NCBI GenBank assembly: GCA_016748015.1
Contig: JAAOMT010000436.1
Location: forward strand, 1,424,847 to 1,488,846
DNA length: 64,000 nt
From: Geosiphon pyriformis uo1
Lineage: Eukaryota > Fungi > Glomeromycota
Direction: 5' to 3'
In this document: positions 1 to 12,324 of the stretch, piece after piece
Numbering within the stretch: the stretch's first letter is position 1
Layout: the number at the start of each line of letters is the position of its first letter
Notes under the pieces: model-generated
Database searches by the model: none
What the model was told of the DNA's origin: nothing
Seen by the model: the letters and a program-made list of their open reading frames with translations, nothing else
Translations under genes and position numbers: made by a program

Positions 1-464
1 CGATTTGCAAGTTAATATTCCATCAATAGCCATAATCAAGAGCTATTGTTCCAGTATGGTTAAGTATCAGTTACCATCAACATGAAGTGTTGATAGTGGA
101 GAATAAATTTGATATAGTGAATAATTATTTATTTGAGGATTGTAGTAACTAAGCTAAGAATTCTTGGTGTTGATTCTTTTTTTTCTGCTTTTAACACTAC
201 TGCTATATATACATATTTGAGATTCCTCAATTCCTCAATTCCTTGCAACAGGAATTTTGGAATTTTTGAAATTCTGTAATTCCTAATAAGAGAAATCCTG
301 GAATTTTGGAATCTTGTGATTCTTTGTCAGGGAATCCTGAAATTCTTGGAATCCTGCAATTCCTCTGAGAAGAATCCTAGAATTCCACATTTACTATGTC
401 TACATCTGATTGGCTAATATCTACTGACTAATAATACTATATTTCCTATATTTTATAAGTAACA
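1..464 (-). mobile_element. Partial LTR of a Ty3/Gypsy family related to the element at 54008-64000 (continues left of the window)
   Basis: 1-135 aligns by eye with 54410-54535 (tcaatagccat.atcaa.agctattgttccagt...gtgttgatagtg). It ends in the same terminus tataagtAACA (464 vs 54881). Orientation is by analogy to that element. Confidence 0.85.
221..405. repeat. Degenerate ~40-bp tandem array inside the LTR (about 4 units, each with ATTCCT-N5/6-AGGAAT-like inverted halves)
   Basis: Units aattccttgcaacaggaattttggaattt / aattcctaataagagaaatcctggaatttt / gattctttgtcagggaatcctgaaattctt / aattcctctgagaagaatcctagaattcc. Confidence 0.75.
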
Positions 465-1800
465 GCAGGCTATTTTTCGAATAATGTCTTATATTATGTT
501 TATATTTGAAAACTTTTTTATAATAACAAAATTATTAGCAAATATAACAGTAATAATAAGTATATACATCTTAAATTGGCCTTATTTTAACTTATTAGCA
601 TTTTTAAAATTAAATTTTCAATAATTTTTATTAGCTTAAGTGTAAAAAAAATTTAAATTTGTATTTAAAAGATTATTTAAACCAATAAAAACATAAATAA
701 CACAATAATTAATATTAAAAAATTTATATACTTTTAAAAATTTTTTATTAGCTATTACATTAATAGAATTCAACAATACAAAAACAAAATCAATTGTCTT
801 TTTAACATTTTTAAAGTTTTTTAAATAGAAATTTTAGCAAATAAACTACTAATTAAAAAATTAATTAAACTAAAATTCAAATATTTCTTAAAATTAGTAT
901 TGTATTTAACACTATTTTTATTAAAATAATTTTTTAAAACAATAAAAGTACTATTATTAAATGCTTTAATTATAAAAAAATTAACAATAAGTGCCTAATT
1001 TAAATATTTTTTTAAAAATATACTTATATATAAATTTATTACAAAAACTAACTATTTGTTTTTAAACAATAAATAAATTATAAGAAATTTACTAAGAATC
1101 TTTAAGATTTTTAAAATATAATTAGCCAATTATTTATTTATAATTAATATAATATTAGTATACAAATATTTCAAATTTAAATCAAAAATAAACACTTATA
1201 TATTAATAAACTTATTTATAATCTAAGACTTAATATTAAAATATTATTTAAACAAAAAAACTTAAACTTGTCTAAAATAGTTTTTATTAAACTTTTTAAG
1301 ATTATTATATTGGCTTTTAAGTTATCAATTTTGATAGTTAGAATCTTTAATTTGCTAAAAAAAATTCCAAAACACATTAATAATATTGAACAATATACAA
1401 AAATTTGGCAATAGCTTAATAATAATCATATTAAGTTCTGATTTAATAATTAACATAAATGTCTTTTTGACATATATTAATAATATTAGAAAACAAAAAA
1501 TGTTTAGTTTGTAAGAAATTTTAACAATATAATCTGACAAAAATTTTAGAAAATGTTTCAAAATATTTTGATAAAAGACCAAAATCAAAGTTACAGAACT
1601 ATTAGTAAAAGTATTAAGTAAAAATTTTATTAAAAAAACACTAATAAACAATATAAACAGAAAACTTTTCAAAATACTACTTACCACAAAAACCTAAATT
1701 ATACAACTAAAAAAGACCAGATAAAGTCTGTTTTTTTGCATAAATACATATAAGATGTTTTCTATTAGATTTAAAAAAAATTTTTAAATACTAATTAGAT
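465..1800 (-). mobile_element. Fossil, heavily AT-eroded LINE fragment (ORF1 C-terminus and start of endonuclease)
   Basis: Minus-strand translation LKHFLKFLSDYIVKISYKLN matches LINE ORF1 SLELLTDQVSGILCKLS, and ILTIKIDNLKANIIILKSLIKTILDKF matches ILTTKVGSLKSKLVALEASVDSVLTKL. tagattataaataagttt matches tggattatgaataagttt (WIMNKF) of ORF2. Boundaries are approximate. Confidence 0.65.
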
Positions 1801-3985
1801 AATTTTAAATTTGGTTTACAAATACTAAAAATATAATTGTATTTTTTATATTTAATATACTTTAAAGTTAATAATTCAATTCAAACCAGATTAATATCTT
1901 TAAAAATTAGAATTAAATAAATAATAGTATTTTTAATAACAATAAAATTAAAACACATAATAGTATAATATGCTTATGTATATAAAACAAAGTTGTATAA
2001 AATACAACATATTTTTTCATTATATAATAAAACCAAATTTAAGAAATTATAAACAATAATGTTCATTAATAATATATATAAGAAAACATAATAACAGTTT
2101 TTTAAATCTTATATTTGTTTGTTTTTATTGGCTTTAGTTATATATATTGAGTTTTTGTTAAGCAAAATTAACTATTTAAAGAAGACCAAATTAGCAATTT
2201 TAGAACTTTTAAATTCAATAAGTGTTTTTTGTTACAGACCAATTGACTATATTTTAATTATTTTAATATTGCCAAATTTAAATAGTATTAATTTTAATAG
2301 TAATTTAAACAGATTAATTAAGATTTCTTTAATAATAAATTTTTAATCTAATTTAATATTAATTTTTTTTAAATTAAAGTTTATCCGAATTTTTTTACAA
2401 ACAGCCAGTCTTTTTATTGTTTTTAAATTAGTCTTAGATATAAAAATAAATTTAATAATATTTTGAAATTTTTAAAAAAATTAATACTTTTTCAAAACTA
2501 TTGATTTTGTAAAAAATTTTTTAATATATTTTAATTTATTATTTAAAGTTTTGTTAAGCACTATTATAAAATTAATATTTAAAGCAAAAAATTTAACTAA
2601 GTTAAAACATTTTCTTTTTTTTATTCATATATTAAAATATAAAATTGATTTAAAAGTTAAAAATAGTAAAAAATTAAAAACTTTTTTATTATTTAATAAA
2701 TCAAAAAACAACTTTTTAAGTGGTTTTTCTAAATTGTAAGTGCAAATGTTTTTTAGTGTAATTTTATTTATATATTTATTATTATTAAAACTATTAAAAT
2801 TTATAAAGTTTGTTTTTTTTATTAATATGTTTTTTAAATTATTTATATTAAATAAACTATTAATACTGTCTTTTTTATTCTTTATCTTATTATCTTAAAA
2901 ATAATACTTGATTATTTTATTAATTTTTAATATATTTATAACCAGAAATTTAGCCAAAAAATCTATTATATTAAACTTAACTATAGATTTTTTTGACTAT
3001 TGGCTAAAAATTTTTAAAATATAAATATATATATCTTGGTTTTTTATATTAAAATAGTTTTTTACTTTAGTCTTATCAGAATTTACAAAGCCAGTTAAAC
3101 TATTAGTAAGCTTTATTATTATAAATAAATTTATATCAAAAAAATAGGTAAGAATACAAATAGATAAAAAAATAAAAAAAATTTCTCTATAATCTAAGTA
3201 GTTTTATTATGAACAAAAAATTAACAAAACAAAAAATTATGAATTTTTTTTTAAATTTTTTAAGATTAAATATAATATTATTAATAAATAAATAAAATAA
3301 TTAAAAATAATTGTATATTAATTATATATAAATAATATATTTTTTTAAAAATTTTTTTTTTGAATATAATATAGTTTAGTTTTTATATATAATATATTTA
3401 ATTTATAATTAATTTAAACTTATTTGTTATATTATATTAAATTATAATTGAATTTTATATATTAATTAATAAAAAAAATTTTTGTTATTAGTTTTAACAG
3501 ATTTTACAAAATAAAAATTATAAAATAAGAATAATATTTATAAAATAACAATAAAATAAATAAATATAAAAACATATTTTTAAAAAAAATATTTAAATTA
3601 AATAAAAACAATTAATTTATTAAATATTAAATATATATATATAAATAATAAAAAATATATTAATTATAAAAAATTATTAAATTAATCTACTTTTTTTGCT
3701 AAATTAATTTACTCTTAATATGTAATATTATTTATATTATAATTTTATATTTAATTATATATAAGAATATATTAATAAATTTATAATCAAAAAGCTTTAG
3801 AATAAACTTAATAAGTTTTTTTTTTAATTTTACAAATAATTATTTTTTTATTTATTTATTTATTTATTTATTAATAAGTGCAGTCTAACCAAAGTCTAGA
3901 ATAAGTTACAAAGAAAAGTAGCCAACTAAACATGGTTTATGCATTTGCTACATGTGACCGGCCACTCGAACCAATCAAGGCAATA

Positions 3986-6900
3986 CTACGCACTTACCAA
4001 AACACTAACCCTATGAACTGCACCAGACAAAAACAAGAACCTACTCTTAAAACCAAAACCAACATCAAGAAAATCTAGCACACCAATAAGGCAGACCATG
4101 CCAGCTGAGAGAGGCGGAGCATCCACACCAAGAGCACTGGCCACAACAACATCATCACCAATCAAACCACTTCTCTCCATGTTAGATCTGAACTTAGTTC
4201 TAAAGAGCCAGAGGTTTGTCCTATAACTCTCAGCCAAATGACGGACAAAATCCATCACCACAATGGCCACTTTCTTCTTGTCACCGAGAGAAGCAGTGGC
4301 CTCATCCATCCAACTCTTAAGAACAAATCTCTTGCAAAAAACCAAATACAACCTAATATCAGAGACCCCCAGAGAGAGATCTCGCAGTACAAAAGATGGC
4401 AACAGTAGATTAGGACCCATTAGAGTCCTCCACAAACCACCAAAATTACCCAAAATATCTGACTGCACAGAAGCATCCTTAACACAAGTAAAACCATGAT
4501 CAGGGAGTTCCACATCACCACAAAACAGACAAGACACACCAGGGTAATTCTTATTATACAACCTCTTTCGAACAGCTACAGGCAACCTAAAATAAACAGC
4601 TTTTATGAAGTACATACAAAGAGCAGCAGTGGCTCGACACGTACTCTCAGAGAGCATATGAGAGTCAGGGTGCCAAACTAGAGTGGTACTATTCCAATCA
4701 ACAACCAGACCAAACAAACAAGACACAACCCCTTGGCCAGGACCCACCTCCCATTGAAACTTACAAATAGAATGAAAAATGTCACATACAAAATGACGGG
4801 CATTACCAAAAACTAGCCTGTCATCAGCAACCACATATCTACAATTAATCCTGGCAGGGAGAGAGATCCCAGAATGCACAGCCTGTTCAGTAAGAACGTT
4901 GAATTTAATCAAATTAACCACATGGCACCTTTCTATCCAGCAACTATTGCAACAATCCAGCTGTAACAGACCCAATTCAGCCACACATGCATCAATAGCC
5001 ACTTGACTATCCGTGTGCAAAGCCACTGAAACAGAGGCAGAAACGCACTCCAGAGCCAGGGCAATAGCCTTTAATTCAGCCAGGGTCAAAGACAACACAC
5101 CATGTACCTCCACTCCTAAATCTTTGTTCAAGCCAGGAAAATAAATGGCAGCACCACATGCCACCTGAAACATACCCAAACTTCTAAGAGAACTGTCAGT
5201 ATAAACATCAATCTCATCAGCCCACAATCCATGAATCTCCTCACGAATGTCAGCAAAAGATGTCGAATCCAAAACACTAGCACAGACAGAAGCTAAACTC
5301 GCAGGAGGGGAAGCATGCAAACAATTACTCAAATAAGCAGAGGCCTTCAAAAACCATAAAAACACAGGACCTCTAGAACCAAGTCTTTTCCATCGGCAAA
5401 ACATACACCAACTAACAATAAAACCATTTTTGTCCAGAAGTTGGTCACCATATGCCACACCAGCAATTTTTAAGGAGTGAACCACATTGAAATACAAAGG
5501 ATGACCCAATACTAATGACATTGAGAAATGGCCAGGAGAGCGAAAGGCACAGGAAAGCCTGTTATCCAAAGACAGCTTGTTGTTAAGAAATGTACGAACC
5601 ACACCCGCTAGAAAATTGTTTGAAGTGTTCACTCTTAGCTTAACAAGATATTGCAGAGGATTCAACAGAGCCCAGCACAAAACCTGCAAATCTATAATTC
5701 AATGTTCGAACAGTCAGCCAAAAATTCCAGAAGAATTCACAAACTGCACAATGGAAGCTGTCTTGCATTCAGCTTGCAACTGTTCAAAAGATTTCAGCCC
5801 ATAAAGAGAGGAGTGGTGCAACACCTCATTGGGAAAGTCTCTCGGCAAATTGGCTTTTGACCTAAGACCCCTTCTAATTAGAACGTCCCATTTTAGACAA
5901 ACAGCTTTGGAAACAAAACTAAACTGCATTCGATAACTGACTATGGGTTGCAAAACAGCTGAAACCAGATAAGAGAATTGTTTATTAGAGACAGCCTTCT
6001 GGAAAACCATATTTGAGAAGAACTTAATATCTGAATTGGCTTTGGCAAGACTCAGCTTAGACAAACCATTGGTGGACAAAAAAATATCCAAATATTGATA
6101 ACTCACACCAGGATTGGCAACAGTGATAGCCTGGCCATTGATGAGAACCCCCATTCTTTTGTTGATAGGAATGGCAACCGTCTTCTCGTTGTTTATGTTA
6201 ATGTCATTGATGAAGAAAAACTCGCTGGCCATATTAAAAATGTGCTGCATAGAGGCTTGCCCATTTTCCACCCAAATAGTGTCATCAACAAAGACACCAG
6301 CCGCAAAAAAAGAGGTCATACTCCCACTAGTCTCAATCCTTCCAGTCTTCGACACAAAGTTCAAATTGATCCAATAACCACACAAATGATCTTGTCTCAT
6401 AACTTCACATAACAAAGAGTCATAAAAAATTTTCCATAGAAGAGGTGAGAAAACTTCACCCTGATCCAAACCATCAAGAACTTTGTATCCATCAGAAAGG
6501 CCAAAATCTGTCATGATTCTGTTGAAGCGACTGTTGTAAATGTTGCCAAAAAACTTGATAAACTTATTGCACATTTTGATATGGCATAAACTAGCTTCTA
6601 AATAAGGCCAACCAACAGAGTCATATGCTTTGCGCATGTCTTGAAAAACTAGCCAAAGTTCGTGGTCTTTTTCCAAAGCATCCTCCACAATTAAATCCAC
6701 AGCTGAGATTAGTAACTGAGTGGAAGTGCCTTTGAGGACAGAAAAGTTGTTACCATGGAGGACATCAAACCTATTACAAGCAAAAGAGATCCTGTCTGAG
6801 AGAACTTTTGACAGAATTTTCCTGGCTGTCTCAATCAATACAATAGGTCATGTATTCGACAAGATGCCATCCCAATTATAAGGCTTAGGAATTATGGACA

Positions 6901-8597
6901 CCCAGGCCTCTTTTCAATGGACTGGAACATTACCAAAATGCAAACAAGAGTTCAGCAAAGACAACAAACACTCCAAAACCAAACAGCCAGTGTGTTTCCA
7001 AAGTTCATTGATGATACCAGACAAACCAGCAGCTTTGTTATCAGGAAGATTGCTTATAACTGAAGACATCTCACACATGGTAATATTACACATAACCAGA
7101 CTGAAGACACTATCATTAACATAAGCCAAAGGGGCATATTGTTGTGCCCAGAGACCAGACAAGGCAGGAAGAGCATTCTGCTTCCTGGTCCAATTAACCA
7201 TGATGTCATTAACTTTGAGCTTCACTTTATCAGGTTTCAAAATAAGAGAATCACCAACAACCAAATGGTCCAAAATGACTTTGCGAAAGGGCTGCTCCAA
7301 GATGCTCTAAATCATTCCACCTTTGTCCGTTTCAAACTTTTCCATATGCTTATCAATTGCATCTCTGATAGCAGATCTTTTGGCCACCTCAGATTCACAA
7401 TATTTGGACTTTCTATATTGCTTCCTAACCTTTGAAAGATGACTTATCAAGCCAGCAGAACCCACACCATTCCCGACCATACCAAAAACTTTGGAAGCTT
7501 CAGAAGAGTCAACCTTAAACCAAGTGTTAGCCAGATGATTAAAGCTCAAAGTATCACCCCCATCTTAGCACTTTCAATAACTTGGCAACCAAAAGCTCCA
7601 ACCTGGAAAATTTAGAAGAGAGTCTATTCTTAGCACAATCAAATTCACTATACCAATGTCTTGAAAAATTTTTTTCAGCAGAAGCAATCATGGTGTCAGC
7701 TAGCATCCCCCACATTCCATCCAAGTTGCCATCATCCTCAGCTATTTTGAACCTATCCAGAGAACCCAAAAGCACACACTCAGAAAGGTTCTTAAAATGT
7801 GCCCACTTTTTTTCATCAGCATCCTTAATCTTAAACTTCCAGCAATCTTTATTAGCATGCTTGTGGATGCTGTTCAAACGAGCATCCAGAAGACCACCCA
7901 ATCCAATAGACATCGATACAGCCAAGTGATCCGTGTTGAAAAATTCCAAGACAAAACCAACACCATGATCCACAACTGCTGAAATCAAAGAGTCACTAAC
8001 TAGAATGTAATCCAAAACCTTGCTAACATCTCTTGAATTGTTCTAAGTAGGAATCTTAGCTAGAGAGTGACCACCAAAAACATTAACTAAACCCAAACCT
8101 AAACATTTCTTAAGACTTGCCCCCTTGACTGAATTGTCTTTATTGAAGTCCCCACCCAAAACAACAAAAGAACTCTTGTTGACAGTATCAGCAATGAATG
8201 AATTAATAACAGAAGCCTGAGCAAAACAGTCACCACCAGACACACAGACATAAAGTCCAATGACAGACACAGAAAGCTTGTTTTTGAACAAAAGGCAAAT
8301 TGAAAAAACCCTGCCCTTCACCTCCTCGACTTTGGAAACATGACGAGCCAGAGTGTCATTCACAAAAATAGCCACACCAGCCCCATGAAACCCAACATCC
8401 AAACCAGACGTAAAAACCTAGACACCCTCAAACCTTTTCATGATTCATGGTTGTGAACTGAAACACAACTTGGTTTCTGTAACAATCGAGATCGAACTAC
8501 CAGATTCCTTATGCCAGCAATAAATGTCCTCTTGCTTTGCAGGATTGTTCATTCCCCTAACATTACACATGGCAATTTTCCAAATAAAACTGGTCAT
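3986..8597 (-). pseudogene. LINE ORF2: APE endonuclease - reverse transcriptase - RNase H - C-terminal CCHC finger; several premature stops
   Basis: APE motifs CNVRG, ETKL, GVAI, GGDFN, DYILVS, TDH. RT motifs QDMRKAYDSV, GLDQGEVFSPLL, FVDDT, YLDI. RNase H motifs YTDSSL, AELKAI, HTDSQ. CCHC finger CLFCGDVELPDHGFTC. The stops I checked derive from TGG/CGA/CAG codons. Confidence 0.92.
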
Positions 8598-10455
8598 TGT
8601 GATGAAGAAATAACCAAAAAACCCAAGCCAGCACATAACTGATCCAACTTAGCCAAAATCGAACTAACGGAGATGTCGAGAGCAACCAGCTTCGATTCCA
8701 GACCACCAACTTTGGAAGTCAGGACTTTGGAACTACTCAGACCCAATAGTAAACTGGTAACACCTGGAGAGAAAGAAGTAGGTTAGACAAAAGGATCATC
8801 AACCACCATGTTAAAATCTATGTTGGAGTTTGCAACCACAAGAGGAACAGAGGTTGGGGACTGAAGAACTACCACAGAAGGAGCCAATTGAGAAGAAGAC
8901 ACCAAGAGTGCCGAACTAATATTGTCAAGACAAAAAAGAATGTCGAAATTTGTTCAGACAGAAGCTCTACAGAGTGTTCCAGAAGCGCTAAGCGAGCACT
9001 TAAAAGAAAATTGACCACAGGTAGAGGGAGGAGTACCCCACCCAAACTCAAATCACTGGAAGGCAAAGAACTGAAACCAGAACCAGCACAAAAACCATGA
9101 GAGACTGAAGCAACTGAGACCACTTAAGCCCAAGATTTGCCACCAAAGGCAACAGAATGAGAGATCGGCACATTCTTCTTCACATACAATTTGGCCAGCT
9201 GGAGACGAGTATCAGAGTTGGTAGGCCTTATAAAAAACTTTGAAGATTTGAAAGCTGACGCAACTTCAGCATCACATTTCAAGGCAGAATAACCAAACTT
9301 CCCACACTGTTCACAGTAAACCAAATCCAGCCTAGCCCATGAGAATTTCACACCACCAAGAATTGGTTTTGTGCGAAAAGCTGACTCCAAAATCTCATCA
9401 GAATCAAAACACACAACAGCACAGCAGACCTTATTACCAGTCCCCAATAACCGATTTATGACACAAGTTTTTCTACCAGCCCCTTCAAGAAGATCCCCAA
9501 AATCATGAACAGTAGTCCCTACTGGCAAAGTAAACAAAAGTGCCTTGAACTGGTCCTTAGATGTCCAAGTTTCACAATCGCCCACTGCCATAGTCACACA
9601 AACTGAGTCTTTACCAATCAGGAAGGACCACCTAGCAGCCAAAGACACAGCCTGTTCCAATTCGGCGAATTCCACCACAGTCTTTTGCCATAAACCAATC
9701 AACTGGATTTTGATTGACTTAATTTCTCTAAACTCAAATACTGCAGTGACAATCATTTCCTTTGGCGTGTCCATGGGAATTTCCTTGATTACTATGGTCT
9801 GATCTGAGCGTATTCCTTGTCTCTTAAGATTGTTGTTTACAATGATGTTATTTTCCCTGGCCAATGATATGGCCTTTTCCATGCTTTCTAATGAAATAAA
9901 CATTGATCAGATGATCCCTTCAAATTTTGAGGGAGTAGTGGCCCCCCCAAAACCATTGATTGTTGAAAACAATTTCCTGATAACCTGAGTCTTGGCCATA
10001 GCCGATTTTCCCTCCACAGCAGATAGATTGATGTCCAATGTGAACGATTTCTTTACAGCGACTTCCACCTGAGACTTAACAATTTTGGGGTCCATCCACA
10101 CCTTCTCCAAAGAGAAAAACAAATGGGAAGGAAGAGAAACTTCCACCTCATCATCTATGCCATAATCAATAGAGCCGATAGGGGAACTGATAGCTGCACC
10201 AGCATTGAAACGTTTCGCATTGGGTGTATTCATTTGGGAGTCAGAAGTGCTTTTACCATCAAAGGTTCTTCCATCCATATCCATGCTAGCAAATTGCTCA
10301 TCCTTACAAACAGACCCACCATCCTTGAGATTCTTATCTGCACTTGAATATTTAATAGTACTGAGAGACTTTCTGACTTTTTGGGTTGAACCTCCACCAA
10401 CTGAACCAGTGGTCGAGACTCTAACTGACCTTTTCTTAGCTCCAGGCCCACTCAT
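8594..10455 (-). pseudogene. LINE ORF1 (gag-like: RRM-like region, zinc knuckle, C-terminal coiled coil)
   Basis: ORF pieces 9907-10455, 9124-9903 and 8869-9123; knuckle CEQCGKFGYSALKC; homologous to ORF1 at 12325 and 45386; stop overlaps the ORF2 start (ATGA). Confidence 0.85.
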
Positions 10456-12324
10456 AGTGGTAGCCAGTTCAACAACAAAGGGGTTTGTTTCTTAGAAAAT
10501 AGTGGAAGACAGTATGCAAAACAGAAAAAAGCTTCTTTTAAAATTTAACTCTTTTTCAGGAATTTGGGACGAAGGAGAGAAAGAAGTCACTATAATGTAA
10601 ATCCAAATAATTATATTTTTTATAAATTTACAAATTATATTCATACAATATTATTATTTTTAAAAACATTATATAACTTTTTTGAAATAATAATATAAAA
10701 TTTTAATATTTTTATATATTTTCAAAAATATATAGTTACAAAATAATTATTTGTTGCTAATAGTACTTATATTATTTTCAAATATGATCAAAAAAATAAA
10801 TATAATGCTTTTAAAAGATTTGTATTAGAAAATCAACAATAAAAAACAATAATTCAATTAATAAACTGTTTTTTTACTATATATAAATAATTATTTAAAA
10901 CTAATGAATATTGGTATTTAATAATTTTTAATATTAAACATAATTATAAACTATCTGATAATATTATTGAATATTTTATTGCTTAATAACTTAAATCCAA
11001 ACAAAAAATATTAGTTTTATAAATATTAAGTATAAATATTATATTATTATTAAAAAAAGCACAAATTTAAAAACTTTCTTAACAATAACAATACTTTTTT
11101 TTAATAATATACATAATTATATATATTATTATTAACTATAATATATATATAGTTATATGAATTATTTTAATAAATAAAAAAATGATAAATAAATTAAAAT
11201 AGAAAAAAAATTGTTATTACTATTTATTTTTAAGTAAAAACCAGTTTTAATATAAGTTTTATAAAAAAAAATAATCAAATTTACATTTAAGATACACAAA
11301 ACAAATTAAAACCAGAAAAAAAACTATTTAATTAAAGCATAACCAGAATTTTTTCAAAAATGTGTGATGTTTAAAAGTTTATTTTGAAAGTAATAAAATA
11401 AAAAATTATAAAGAAGTTTATAAAAAAAATATAACTGAAATATTTAATTAATTAAAACATTATTGTTAAGACTAATTTTCAAAATATTTTTTATTATTTG
11501 ATTAATATTATAACAAAAACAAAAACAAATAATAAAACTAATAGCTAATTTAATAAAATAAAACATAATATAATATATTAATAATATGTGTTTAAAGACT
11601 AAAAAATAATAAAAAATTCGAAAACTAATAATAATTGCATAACATATTTTAAATATTAATAAAATATATTTAGAGTTTTAAAAAAAATATATATATATAT
11701 ATCTAAAATAATTAATTGCTTATTATAAAGCTATAAAAAAAAGTTGGTTTAATATAAAATTAATACTTTTTTTAATTTATAAAAAACTATATATATAGTT
11801 AAATTATATACTATATTAAAACTATTTTAAATATCTTAATTATTTATATATATTAAATTAATTAGTTTAATTATAAATTTATTTAACATATTATTTTTTC
11901 AAAAGCTAATAATTTAGATAATCAAATTTAAATAACTAAATTTAAAATTATAATTATATATTATTAATATTAATTATTATTATAATTAATATAATCAAAC
12001 ATATATTAATTAATTATATTTTTTAATAATTATTTTTGAATAATAATTACAAATTTGAAATATTAAACTATACAAATAAGAATATATAAAAATCTTAAAG
12101 TATAATAAAGCTTATTATTATTAGATTATATATATTAATCTTTAATTTTTATTAATATTTTTTAATTTGTCAAGATTTTTTTAATTTCAATTTAGTTATT
12201 TTAGTTATAAAACTTTTTTCTCTTTTACTTCCACAAACTCTCAAAAAGCGCTTTTCTGATAAAGAAGTTTTTTGTTTTTTCTTGTTAGTATTTCACAATT
12301 TCTCTTTCTAATAACCCCTTTTTT

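Larger units (their letters stand above)
3844..10603 (-). mobile_element. Full-length non-LTR retrotransposon (LINE-1 in this window), inactive
   Basis: ORF1 + ORF2 architecture; (TAAA)n 3' tail at ~3844-3873; target-site duplication CAAATAATTAT at 3833-3843 and 10604-10614. Confidence 0.93.

Noticed and set aside
221-405. Palindromic repeats with variable centres, superficially CRISPR-like
   Set aside because: The variable parts are only 5-6 nt, the array lies within an LTR, the context is eukaryotic and there are no cas genes.
1355-2739. I/L/F/K/N-rich ORFs 1355-1687, 2119-2346 and 2551-2739
   Set aside because: These are products of AT-eroded TE sequence, not genes. The 2.0-2.9 kb part may be a fossil integrase, but I could not support that.
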